From: Geosiphon pyriformis uo1
Taxonomy: Eukaryota; Fungi; Glomeromycota
Length of the DNA: 64,000 nucleotides
Assembly: GCA_016748015.1 (NCBI GenBank)
Contig: JAAOMT010000009.1
Location: 1,365,924 to 1,429,923, forward strand
Direction of reading: 5' to 3'
The translations under genes and the position numbers were made by a program. The number at the start of each line of letters is the position of its first letter. Position 1 is the stretch's first letter. Positions 12,101-23,949 of this stretch are shown here, in pieces. Below the pieces are notes generated by a model that saw nothing but the letters and a program-made list of their open reading frames with translations, was not told the DNA's origin and did no database searches.

Positions 12101-15100
12101 ACAATGTTTCTAAAGTTTATTAAGTATTCCTGACAATCTGGCAGCCTTTTCAATTGGCAAATTATTAACAACTAAGAACAATTCTTCCATATTAATCTCC
12201 TTCATTACACCAGAGAAAGCATTATCATCAATATAGTCGAAAAGAATATACTGGTAAGACCAAAAATTGGGCAACTGTGAGAGCATTGACTGCTTTCTTG
12301 TCTATTCTTTTATAATCTCATCAACTTTAAGCTTGACCTCATCAGGCTCAATTACTAACTCATTATTCACCACCAAATAATCCAAAACAACTTTGCAAAA
12401 TAGATGCTTCAAAACACTTTTTATCATCCTTCCTTTGTCAGAACAGAAATTCTCCATATGACAGTCAATAGCCTTTTTAATAGCAGCATCCTCAGATGCC
12501 TTTGATTCATAATATTTAGACTTCTGGTATCCTTTCTTCACAATTGACAAATGTCTCAACAACTCTGATAACTCAGCACCATCCATAACCAATTCAGCAA
12601 ATTTAGATGTCTCTCTATTATCAACAGCTAACCAAATCTTAACAAGACAGTCTGATTCCAAAAAATCTCCAAAACTAAAAGCCTTTACAATCTTTGAGAT
12701 GAGCAGCTCTAGTTTGAAAAATCTTGAAGATTGTTTGTTCTTTGAACAATCATATTCACTAAACCAATGTCTGGAAAATACCACATCAGTAGCATGTATT
12801 ATGGTTTCCCTCAATGTCTCCCACATTGCATCCAGGTTACTGTTGTTTTTCATATCTTGAAATTTGTTAATATTTAACAGCAATCCAGCCAAAGAGAGCT
12901 TCTTGAAGTGCACCCATTGCACCTTATTGGCATTTTCCAACTTAAATTTCCATCAGTCCCTATTGGCTTGTTTGCGAGCACTATTAAGACAAGTATTTAG
13001 AAGTCCATCCAAACCAACTAAAACCAAAATTGATTTATGATCTGTATTGAAAAATTTTGACACATTATTGACAATATGTGATGCCACTGCAGACACCAAA
13101 TTACCACTTACAAAAATGAAGTCAATGACTTTTAAAGCATCCCTAGAATTGCCTCAAGTAGGAGTCTTGACCAAAGAATGTTCATAAAACGAGTTAACCA
13201 ATCCTATGTCCAAACAAAACTTGTAACTGGCACTTTTTTTAGACCCGTTCTCATCAAAGTTTTTATCCAAAACAACAAAACTGCTCAAATTAACCACCTT
13301 AGCTATAAAAAAGTTGATATTTGAGGCCAGCCCAAATCTAATTCCAGCAGATATACCAGCATACAAACCCAAAAATATAACTGAAAGTTTGCCTTTAAAG
13401 AGAAGCTAAACCAAAATAAAATGACCAGGAACCTTTTCCACCTTAGAAACATGGCAAACTAAAGAATAGTTTATAATAATTACTACCCCAGCTCTAAGGA
13501 AACTTTTATCCAAACCAGATGAAAAAATTCGAACTCTCTCAAATTTATTTATGATCCATGGCCTAATGTTAGGCTTTAACTTTGTTTTTGTAATAAACAA
13601 GACCATATTCCCAGATTTTTTATGCCAATGCATAATGTCTTTCTGTTTAGTAGGGATGTTAATACCTCGAATGTTACACATAGCAACCTTCCAAACTAGA
13701 TTACTCATTGAGATAAAGAAGATTTCTGGAAATCTGAGCCAGCACACAACAGATCTAACTTTACCAAAACAGAACCAACAGAAGCCTTAAGAGCCACCAA
13801 TTTAGACTTAAGACTACCAACTTTGGAAGTTAACACTTTTAAGCTACTTGAGCTGAAAATTGAGGCATCATCAGTAACAGGAGAAGGGAGTACAGAACAA
13901 GTATTAGGAACATCTAAAACCATATTCAAATCCATACTAGAATCCACAACTGCAGACAAAACTGGAATAGAAGGCTAAGGAGCCAAAGCTAAGGGGCTTT
14001 TTTGAGAGACAGATGCCAAGAGTACCAGTTCAACACCATTTAATTGTTTTACAATATCCAACACCTAATCAAATAAAAGCTCAAGAGAGCATTCCAAAGA
14101 TGACAAACATGCATCCAAAAAAAGTCCATTGAAGTAAGAGAGGAGCATTTGCCATTAGAATCTGTACCAACAATAGGAAAAAGACCAGAACCAGTCCCAG
14201 TAGAGTGATTATGAGAAATAGACATAGCCAGAACTACTTGAGCCCAAAACCTGCCACCAAAAGCAGTTGGATGAGAGATAAGAATGTTCTTCTTGGTGTA
14301 CAATCTAGCCAGACAAAGGCAATTTTCTTTAGAAGCACTTTTTTTAAATAGTTTGAATGGCTTGGAAGTAGATGTAATTGTGGCATCACACTCCAAAACA
14401 GAATGACCAAATTTCCCACAATGCTCACACCAAACCAGATCCATTCTTGCCCAAAAAAGTTTAGCACTACCAAAAATCAGCTCAATGTGATAAGCAGACT
14501 CCAAATCCTCTTCAGATTCAAAACCAATTACAGCACAACAGACCCTATTGCCAGTATTAACAGAACAATTAATCACACATGTTTTTTCACCAGCCCTTTC
14601 CAAGAAAGTGCCAAGATTATGTGCCATTGTTCCCACTGGTAGAGTAAACAAAAGTGCTCTAAAACAATCTCTAGAAGCCCAAGTTTCACAATCTTCTACA
14701 GCCATAGCCATATGCACAGAGTTTTTTTCAATAAGAAAGGACCATTTAGATGCCAGTTGCTCAGTCTGATCTGAATTAACAAATTTTACTACAGTCTTTT
14801 GCCACATACCAATCAATTGAACTTTAATTGACTTAATATCACCAAATTCAAATACTGCAGCAATGATCATTTTTTTGGGTGTATCCATGGGAATTTTCTT
14901 TATGAATACAGCCCAATCTGAATGAATACTTTGTTTTTTGAGATTGGTGTTCACAATAATCCCTTTTTTTCTGGCCAATGAAACAGCCATATCCATGCTT
15001 TCTTCTAAAGTAAAGGTAGATCTGATGATCCTCTCAAATTTTGAGAAAGTAGTGACCCCCCCAAAACTATTGACTGATGAAAAATTTTTTCTAATTAACT

Positions 15101-15264
15101 AAGTTTTTGCTATTACCAATTTCCCTTCCACAACTGAGAAATTAATATCCAAAGCAAACAATTTTTTAACTAACATTTCCACTAGAGTCTTGATAATCTT
15201 AAAGTCTATTCATTTTTGTCTAGAGATATAGGCAAGTGAGAAGGGAAAACTATTTCATCATTGT

Positions 15265-16090
15265 TGTTACTTATAGAATATAGGAAATATAGTATTATTA
15301 GTCAGTAGATATTAGCCAATCAGATGTAGATGTAGTAAATGTGGAATTCCAAGATTCCAGGAATTTCAGGATTCTCCGACAAAGAATCACAGAATTCCAG
15401 AATTCCAGAATTTCTCTCATCAGGAATCACAGAATTCCTGTCGCAAGGAATTGAGAAATTGAGGAATCTCAAATATGTATATATAGCAGTAGCATTAAAA
15501 ACAAAAAAGACAGAATTGACACCAAGAATTCTTAACTTAGTTACCACAATCCTCAAATAAATAATTATTCACCATCTCAAATTCACTCTTTACTATCAAC
15601 ACTTCATGTTGATAGTAATTAATACTTAATCACACTGGAACAATAGCTCTTGATTACGGCTATTGATGGGATACTAACTTGCAAATTGTCTTGGCTTATT
15701 TCTTATTTCTCTCTTATTTTTCTTTATATTTCTTTATTTTCTTTATTTTCTGTAATTTTGTTATTGTGTACTAACTAATTGATTAAAAGCGCTGATTACT
15801 GACGTCAAGAATTGCCTGGTAAAAGACCCCTGCGAGTGGGTAGAACACGTACAGAAGATATGAATTACTTACCAGAGGATTGCCAGCCACCAAGCCAAAA
15901 AAAAAATTGACAGACTTGTGAGTCTGGGAAGCTACGGATAAACAACTATTGAATCTCTGTCTATTATACAAAAAACTCAATTGGAAAACCTTCAGATAAA
16001 ATACCTTCAGATTATCATTGTCACCAATTGCCTTGAGCACTAAGTTATGGGTTTGTTATTTCATCAACACCTAAATAATCACCTGTAATA
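15265..16090 (+). repeat. 5' LTR (826 bp)
   Basis: Direct repeat of 24646-25497. TG start; ends TGTAATA (C>T of TGTAACA); followed by the PBS. Confidence 0.93.
15311..15487 (+). promoter_or_regulatory. LTR U3 promoter: CCAAT box, GAATTCC(AG) motif array, TATA box
   Basis: AGCCAATCAG (CCAAT 15316-15320), repeated GAATTCC/TTCCAGAA units ~15340-15460, TATATATA 15478-15485. The same layout is kept in the 3' LTR and in the solo LTR at 28634. Confidence 0.65.
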
Positions 16091-16092
16091 TT

Positions 16093-16110
16093 TGGTGCTT
16101 CCTGTGAGGT
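16093..16110 (+). other. Primer-binding site (TGGTGCTTCCTGTGAGGT)
   Basis: Starts with TGG (complement of tRNA CCA) 2 nt after the 5' LTR. The implied tRNA 3' end CCTCACAGGAAGCACCA resembles a tRNA-Ile(UAU)-type end; isotype unverified. Confidence 0.8.
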
Positions 16111-18230
16111 ATAATTCTACAGAAAACCAGCACCAACAAACACCATTCAAAAGTGGCAGAATCAGAAAATATAGGAGCAAACCATTTAGGATTCGCAAAA
16201 TTCTTATTTTAACACTATTGTTAACACTTGGGATTAAACACCAATCATATATCCACTGAATCAGCTTTTAATTTCTATGTCAATGAAAAGATCTCATCTT
16301 TGTTAGGAACACCAGTGAATGTGGAATCAGCAAGAGAAACTTTCTACAGAGATTTAATTCAAAACACCAATCTACTAACAAATCATAATTTTGCATCTAT
16401 TATCACTAAGATCAACAAAGAAATTGAACATTACATCCAACAAAGATATCCAATTACATACACTAGTAAAGGCAAAGGAAAACTACAAACACCAACAGTA
16501 ACTCCCAGAAAAATACAACTACTTATTTGGAAAAAGACAAGGGTTGAATCACCAACCAATCTATCTTATCACTATACACCCAGAAGTGTCATCAACATTT
16601 TATCAACAGGCATATCTACATCAAATGCAACATCAACATTTGGACAATTCCCATTTCAAAGTAAACAAAGGAAAACAGAATTATTAAGACCATATGGCAA
16701 ATACTTTGAAGGATTTAAATCGTGATCACCAACACCATCAGGAATTTGATTACCGCCGCCTCAACCAGACTTTGGAACCACTACCCCATGGGAACTATCT
16801 GAAGAAGAAGAGAAAAAAGAATTGGAAGATCAAGAATTTACTTACCAGAACCCGATCACTGAAAACCTGGAAGTTGAAACACCGAATCTTCAAACTCAGC
16901 AAAATTTAAATTTAGAAAACCCAGAAATCAAAACTCCGAATATTCAACCACCACCAAATCAGAACAATTAGAACCCCAATCTAATTAATCAACCAGACTT
17001 ATCTCTCATTATTGTCATTAACCCACCACCAGTTGAACCAATTGGCCAGCCACCACAACAATCACACCAGCAGATTCAACAACCACTAGTATCACTTTAA
17101 CAACCACCACAATCCAACTTAGATCCAATGGCATACATATCAATAGCCAAACTCAAGAAATTCACTGGCGAAGAGGATGACACTCAAGCCTGGATTAACA
17201 ATGTCACCAAAGTAATCACTGCCAATAACTGGGATGATGCCAGAACCATGCAAGTCATTCTCTATTTTCTTAAAGACATGGCAGACTCTTGGTATTACAG
17301 TCTAGCCCAAAAACCTCAAAACTTTAATGCCTTCAAATTAGAATTTTTGAGGTATTTTAGTGATAACAACAGCATCAACTGCTTGGCAAGTACTTTCACC
17401 ACCATCAAACAAGGAAACACAGAAGCAGTTACCACTTACTTGGGACACTTCCATAGAAATCTGCACCAAATTCAGGCAATTCAAGCTGACTACTTTATAG
17501 CGCCACAGATCTTGAACCAATTCATCCAAGAATTGTGCAGTAGCATCCTCCAGCAAGTATGTCCAATGCATTTAGTTAATCTCCCAACTGCCATAACTCA
17601 TGCCAGAGATTTTGAAGCTGCCAAATTAGAAGCTAACCATGCCCAAGCTGTGAATTTAGTAATGAATGAATCATCTGACCTGGATTTCAAGCTAAAACAA
17701 TTTAGTAACAACATCAATCAGAAATTAGAGGGCTACTTAGTTGACAATCGTGCAATTTATCAGCCACCCCAACAACATAACGATTTAGGAAACATGAATT
17801 GTTTTCAGAATCAATCACATCCAAGATCATCCACTAATCAGTCATGACAGCCAGAAATGCAGGTCTGCTACAACTGTGGTAAACAAGGGCATATTAGGAC
17901 CAACTGCCATACTTATAACAACCCATAATTGAGAAACCATTATCAGAACTCTGATCGCCAGTTTCAGACTCCGAATCACCAATCCAATTAAGAGCAATAT
18001 CAAAACGCTTACCTGCCTATGATACAGCCACCAATTTATCAGCCAACAATATATTAACTGCCAATCTATCAGCTGCAGTCACCAACAATTTATCAACCAC
18101 AGCCACAAGTCATTTATCAGCTGCAGTCTCAAGTAATTTATCAACCCCAACAAGTTTAAACACCACACCAAAACTCAGCTATGATGACGTCAGGAAACCT
18201 GAGATCCAGAACCACTCAAAACTGAAGATC
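16110..18230 (+). pseudogene. gag: gag: long N-terminal extension, retrotransposon capsid domain, CCHC zinc knuckle, P/Q-rich repeats
   Basis: Capsid-like ORF 17128-17847 (AKLKKFTGEEDD..IKQGNTEAVTTY..FIQEL). Zinc knuckle CYNCGKQGHIRTNC at 17866-17907. Fragments at 16228, 17128 and 18235 share one frame. The start codon was not identified. Confidence 0.85.
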
Positions 18231-18499
18231 AGCAATGGTCATTCATCAACTGATCTTCAGTTCATCAGGCCAACAATCAAGATCTTGTCAATGGAATTTG
18301 GGTATCAGTTCCACCCAAAACCTGAATTCCCAAAACTATTTAAGTCTCCTGGTTACCCCAGAAGACGTCACTTCCAACAACCCAGAACTTGATCAACAAC
18401 CAACAATACTTACCAACAACATCCCACCAGTAATTGTTACCAACGACGAATCTTTAGCAGCCATCTTTCCATTTGAACTCGAGGAAATTACATCAGTCC

Positions 18500-18900
18500 T
18501 CTTATTCAGTAGAGCAGCTCTGGAAAAAAAACCCATCACTGCCATGTACACTGATGCGAAAGTCGATGGCCATTCCATTAAGTTAATTCTTGACAATGGT
18601 TCAGTAGGCAGCATTATCACATGACAACTCATGGATCAATTAGGTCACTGAGTTGATCAAGCTGCCAGCACTAGAATTATTACTGCCAATGGTGCCATGA
18701 AAATGCCAATTGGTGAAATTGACAACTTCCCAATTGAAGTTAATGGCATCATTACTCTCATCAAAGTTTTGGTGATGGAAGCAACCCAATACCAAGCACT
18801 AATGAGCAATGATTGGTTGTCTAAAAACAATGCTATCCTCAACTAGACCACACAAGAGCTCCAGCTCAGCCAAAATGGCCAACACATGCAAGTACTGGCA
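18500..18900 (+). pseudogene. Retropepsin-type aspartic protease (decayed)
   Basis: LILDNGSVGSIIT (D-S-G mutated to DNG, D at 18592); IITANG..PIGEI; LMSNDWL (LGNDWL-like). Confidence 0.85.
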
Positions 18901-20277
18901 ATGTGTGGCCATTTCAAACCTAACCACATCACGACATCAATGCCACTTATCGATCTCGAGGAGGAAAAACTAAAGCCTACTTGGGAGGCATACCAAGCAT
19001 CATGGGCCGATGTTGACCACAACGAACTGCCACCAATATTCACCTGGAATGATAATAACAAAGGAAAGAAGGAACAAAGAAAAGAATCTACCTGTGAAAC
19101 CACTATCGACACTTGGACCAACAACAAAAACCACCATAAGCTACCACCAATACTATTGTGGGATAACAACCCAAAGGGAAAGCAAAGAAAGGAACTTACC
19201 TGAGAAACAAATGACCTGACCTGGACCAATAATAATGAAAGGAAACTGACACCAAGCTGGGAATGAGAAAAAAGCAACCAAGAGAAAAGAAAAGCGAAAG
19301 AAAAAGAGCCATTGCCAACAAATCCATATATCTCCTATCAAAACACAACACCACAACAATTCACCTATCACTGACCCAAACTAGTGTGCATCGATTGTGG
19401 CAAGAAATTGTCATCAATGGGTGTATGCTGTGGCGATGACAAAGAATATCAGATGACAACCAAGTTCTATTGCCACGCATGCCTTGTTGAACATTTTGGA
19501 AGACCAAAGTGAGTGGGAAAATGAGATAATACACCATGTTTAGCCTGTAGAGAAACTCTCTTTGATGAAGAAATGTGGAATGACATTCCTGGGAGAGGAG
19601 AAATGTGCGATGTTTCCTGCCAATACACAATCCTCATCAGCAACTGGGTCGAGAAAAGGACACCAATAGAAGCTGCCTAGAGAAGAGCTGTACAGCAATT
19701 GGACAGTTGTCCACACAATGATGATGAATTATGGCAAATGGCAAGCGCCAAAATTGAAGGCGCATTACCAAAAGAAATCAGAACAATTAAAAACAACCCA
19801 CCAGAACCCATTGAGCTTGATTGAGATGTAGAGCCAGTCATAAATTTTCTGGAACCAGAAGAGTTCCATAAACACTACCAAAACTTGGCATCCACTAAAG
19901 AGAAGCAAGAACAATGGCTAGCACAGTTGAATACAAGACTGTGTCACCATTGTTTAATTTTCAGTGACTTTGAATATTGTGACAATTGTGACCTTATTTA
20001 CAATCCACCACCATGCATGATCTACATGATCCCCAAAGAGTAAGAACCAATCAGCAGCTGCGCATCAGAGTTGGAATCACTGTTTGATCCTGATTCAAAC
20101 TCCGATAACAATGACAATAAGAATAATGGTTCCAGCTCTGTTTAAAATGGCAATAACAATAACAACAATATCAACTCAAATTCAAACTCTGACCCAAACT
20201 ATGAACAATATATCGCGCTTCTTGACCTCACCAAGGAACAAGAACTGAAATGGTTTAGTAATAATAATGAAGATATT

Positions 20278-20675
20278 ATGCCAGAACATGCGCATGATAC
20301 TAATGTCAGATTTGACTTGAGGTATCCAGGAAAAGATGCCATCAAATTGGAACCACATTCATGCACCTGCATTGATCTAAAAATAGTGTTGAAAATCTTA
20401 GCAACAACAATGGTTCAACTAGCATTCTGGAGTAGTTTAGCAAAAAGAGGAATTAATATAAAAGAAAAAATAATTGATGTGAAATACGTAGAAAATATCA
20501 TTGCCATGCTACAAAATGACTCAAAAAAGGCCTATATTATAGAGCCAAATGAAAAGATAGCACAGACAATATTCTTATTATTGGTTAAGATAGCTTAATT
20601 AATACCAGTGGGAAATAGGAAAGAGTTATGAATAACAGCAAGAGAGATACAGAGATTTGAGTCAATGGGTAAAAT
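20278..20675 (+). pseudogene. Trimeric dUTPase domain inside gypsy pol (decayed)
   Basis: Five dUTPase motifs, altered mainly by transitions: AHDTNVRFDL (DAGFDL), WSSLA (RSSLA), KIIDVKY (GIIDAGY), EKIAQ, REIQRFESMG (RGxxGFGSTG). Confidence 0.85.
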
Positions 20676-21119
20676 AGATGTACCAGTTAATATGGCAGAG
20701 GAAAAAATTGTTGGCCAAGGAGAAATTATCTTAACCGGTTAAGCAATTTTCATTCCACCATACGACCAGTACCTGGTAACAATAGAAAGAAAAGTAAAGA
20801 ACCAAGCACAAATTTTTGAAGCAGAAGCAAGTTTTTGTGAATCAGGAGAAATTGGACTCATCAATCTCCACATATCAGCCAAAAACTATAGCCACATCAA
20901 AATTTCCATCTACAACAACACTGAAAATATTGTCAATATACTGGAAGGAACCACAATTGGATATTTGACCACAAAAATAGAGGATCAACTACTAAGCACC
21001 ATTCCAGACTTTCCACAACTTTGTGGATATGTTGATATCACATTACAAACAATATATAGACGAAACAAATGTTACTTGCTCCAACCAGAACAGTTGGAAC
21101 AAATAAACATAGGAAACTT

Positions 21120-22497
21120 AAATCCACTCCAACGTATGCAACTTAAGATGTTGCTCAACAATTTCAATGACATTTTTGCCAGCAAAAACGAATTTGGCTG
21201 AACTGACATCATCCAGCATCAAATTAAGACTGGAGATGCAATGCCAATTAAACAAAGAGCATACAGAGTGCCACCAGCCAGCCATGAAATCATCTGTCAA
21301 GAAATTAATCGAATACTAGACAACAGGCTAATTCAGCCATCAATAAGCCCATGGTCATTACCAGTAGTACTTGTCCATAAAAAGAATAAAAAAATCCGAT
21401 TTTATGTGGACTACAGGAAACTTAATGGTGTAACTCGTGGAGACAGCTATCCAACTCCATGAATACAGGAATTATTTGATGCTTTCAGTGGAAACAAATG
21501 GTTCTCAACATTAGACTTAGACAGTAGTTACTGACAAGTAGCCATGAATCCAACCGACAAAGAAAAGACGGCATTCACTACTAGAGAAAAGAATTTTGAA
21601 TTTGAAGTGATGCCATTTGGCTTAACCAATGCTCCAGCTACCTTTCAACGGCTAATGGAAATTGTTTATACTGGCTTATTGTGGAAATCAGTAGTTGTAT
21701 ACTTGGATAACACCAATGTATTTTCAAAAACATTTGATGATCATCTTTATCATCTTCAACAAGTGTTCGAAAGACTAAGAAGAGCAGGACTAAAGTTAAA
21801 TACAACAAAGTGCTTCTTCGGCAAGACAGAATTAAAATTCTTAGGACACATAGTCAGCAAAGACACCATCAAAATGGATCCAGAGAAAATAGAGATAGTA
21901 AAGAACTCTTCAGTGCCGACCAATATGACAGAACTGAAATCATTCTTGGGATTTGCCAGCTACTATCAGCATTTTATCAAGAACTTTTCCAAGATAGCAC
22001 AGCCACTCAACCAACTGCAAACCAAGAATACAAAATATAAATGGACAGAAAGCCAACAAAAAGCTTTTGATATTCTGAAAAGAAAGCTCATTTAAGCTCC
22101 AGTACTGATTTATTCAGATCACAGCAAACCATTCATCATTACTACTGATGCATCTGGCCAAGCATTGGGAGAAGTATTATCTCAGAGAGGACCAAATGGC
22201 AGAGAACATCCAGTAGCATATACCAGCAGAGGTTTAACACCAGCCGAAAAGAACTATAGAATACCAGAACAAGAATACTTAGTGATATACTGGGCAGTCA
22301 TGAAATAGAAAAAATACTTAAGCCAGAAATTTGAAATATACACAGATCACAAAGGATTAACATCATTTCAAAAACAAGAATTTGGAGATAAAAGACAGTC
22401 AAGATAGAAAATAGCACTCGCACCATATAATTATACTATACATTATAAAAAAGGAAAAGACAACAGAAATGCTAACGGGTTGTCACGAATGAGATAA
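21120..22497 (+). pseudogene. pol: Gypsy reverse transcriptase and RNase H (decayed)
   Basis: PIKQRAYR, SPWSLPVVLV, VDYRKLN, KTAFTT, MPFGLTNAPATFQR, YLDN (YLDD; 21700-21711), FLGH, TDASG..LSQ, TDHK, NANGLSR. Confidence 0.95.
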
Positions 22498-22566
22498 ATT
22501 TAAGAACATTTAACCCAAAAAAATATAATAAAACCAGAACAATACCAATGAAAAATATAACAAAAG

Positions 22567-23949
22567 ATGAACATACAAAAATATCAACAACTACAACATT
22601 ATATAAAAACTCAACAGTTCAAAGAAAATTTATCTCAAATGGAACAAAAGAGTATCAAACAACAATCAAAATATTTTATTATTCACCAAAATATACTGTA
22701 TTAGAAAAATAGAAGAGATCTAGAACAACCAACCAGAGTAATTACAAAGCCAGAAAAAGAGACAATATTATTCAACATGCACTCAAATTCAACAGCAGAA
22801 CACTTTCACAAAAAAGCAATCATAGAAAGAACCAGAAAAAAATACTATTGGCCATCAATGTATTCAGACATCATCCAATATGTTCAAAATTGTGATGCTT
22901 GTCAGCGAAGAGGAGATACAAAACCCAGTGAACCATTAAGACCAATCAAAGTGAGACAACCATTCGACTGTGTTGGAATTGATTTAGTCAGACCATTAAC
23001 AATTACCAGTAGAAGAAAAAGGTACATAACAGTAGTTATGGACTATTTCACTAAATGGCCAGAGGCGAAAGCAATTCAAAGAATGGATGCAGAATTTGTT
23101 GCCAAATTTATTCATTAAGATTTAATTTGTTAACATGGATGTCTAAAGGAATTATTATCAGACCAAGGAACTCATTTTGTGAACAGAACATTAACAGAAT
23201 TGAGCCAAAGATTTGGAATTAAGAGACCACTATCATCACCATACTATTCACAAACCAATGGATTAGTCAAAAGATTCAACAGAACATTGTGTAAAGCAAT
23301 AGCTAAACTCAGCCAAGAAAACCAGAATGATTGAGATTTGTTGATATCATCAGTACTATTTGTTTATCAAACAATAAAGCAAGATACTACACAAACAACA
23401 CCATTTGAATTAGTATATGGTAGAACAGCAACACTACCAGTGAAAATAGAAGTCAGTACATACCCAACTGAACCAATAACAGAAGAGAATTTCAAAAACA
23501 CATTGTTGAAAAGAACATATAACTTAATAGAAACATTAAAAAACAAATAATAAAGAACAGCTAATAATATACAAAGGTCACAAGAGAGACAAAAAGAAAG
23601 ACATGATAACCAACTACCAGATAAACCAGTTGAATTCAGGATTGGAGACAAAATACTACTACATTATACCAAAGTGGAAAAACAATGGAGTAGAAAATTG
23701 GACCCCAAATAGAACAGACCATTTCACATAAAAGAAATTCTAGAAAATAGAGCTTACAAATTAAGATTGAATAATAAAATCTTGACCAAAGCAGCACATG
23801 AAGATTGATTGAAATCATACCACCATATAGTATTATCATCCACCAGTAATATTCCACAATTAAAAGTACAAAGAATACTAGTTCAACCAGATAAGATTCC
23901 ATGAGATTTAGAACCAATTATTATCATTGACAACAACACATCTAATTGA
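22567..23949 (+). pseudogene. Integrase with HHCC, DDE core and GPF/SH3-like tail; no chromodomain
   Basis: H..H..YYWP..CDACQ; GIDLV; DYFTKWPEA; SDQG; QTNGLVKRFN (catalytic E>K); TPFELVYGR; GDKILL..RPFHI..AYKL. Confidence 0.92.

Noticed and set aside
15783-16110. Sense ORF in the LTR reading through the PBS, then splicing (AG|GTATAA at 16109) to ORF3 in compatible phase
   Set aside because: That frame hits TAA inside the conserved terminal TGTAACA and another TAA shared by both LTRs, so it cannot reach the donor.
23640-23949. Chromodomain at the integrase C-terminus
   Set aside because: Only the GPF/SH3-like module and a short tail are present; no YLVKW-type aromatic cage.
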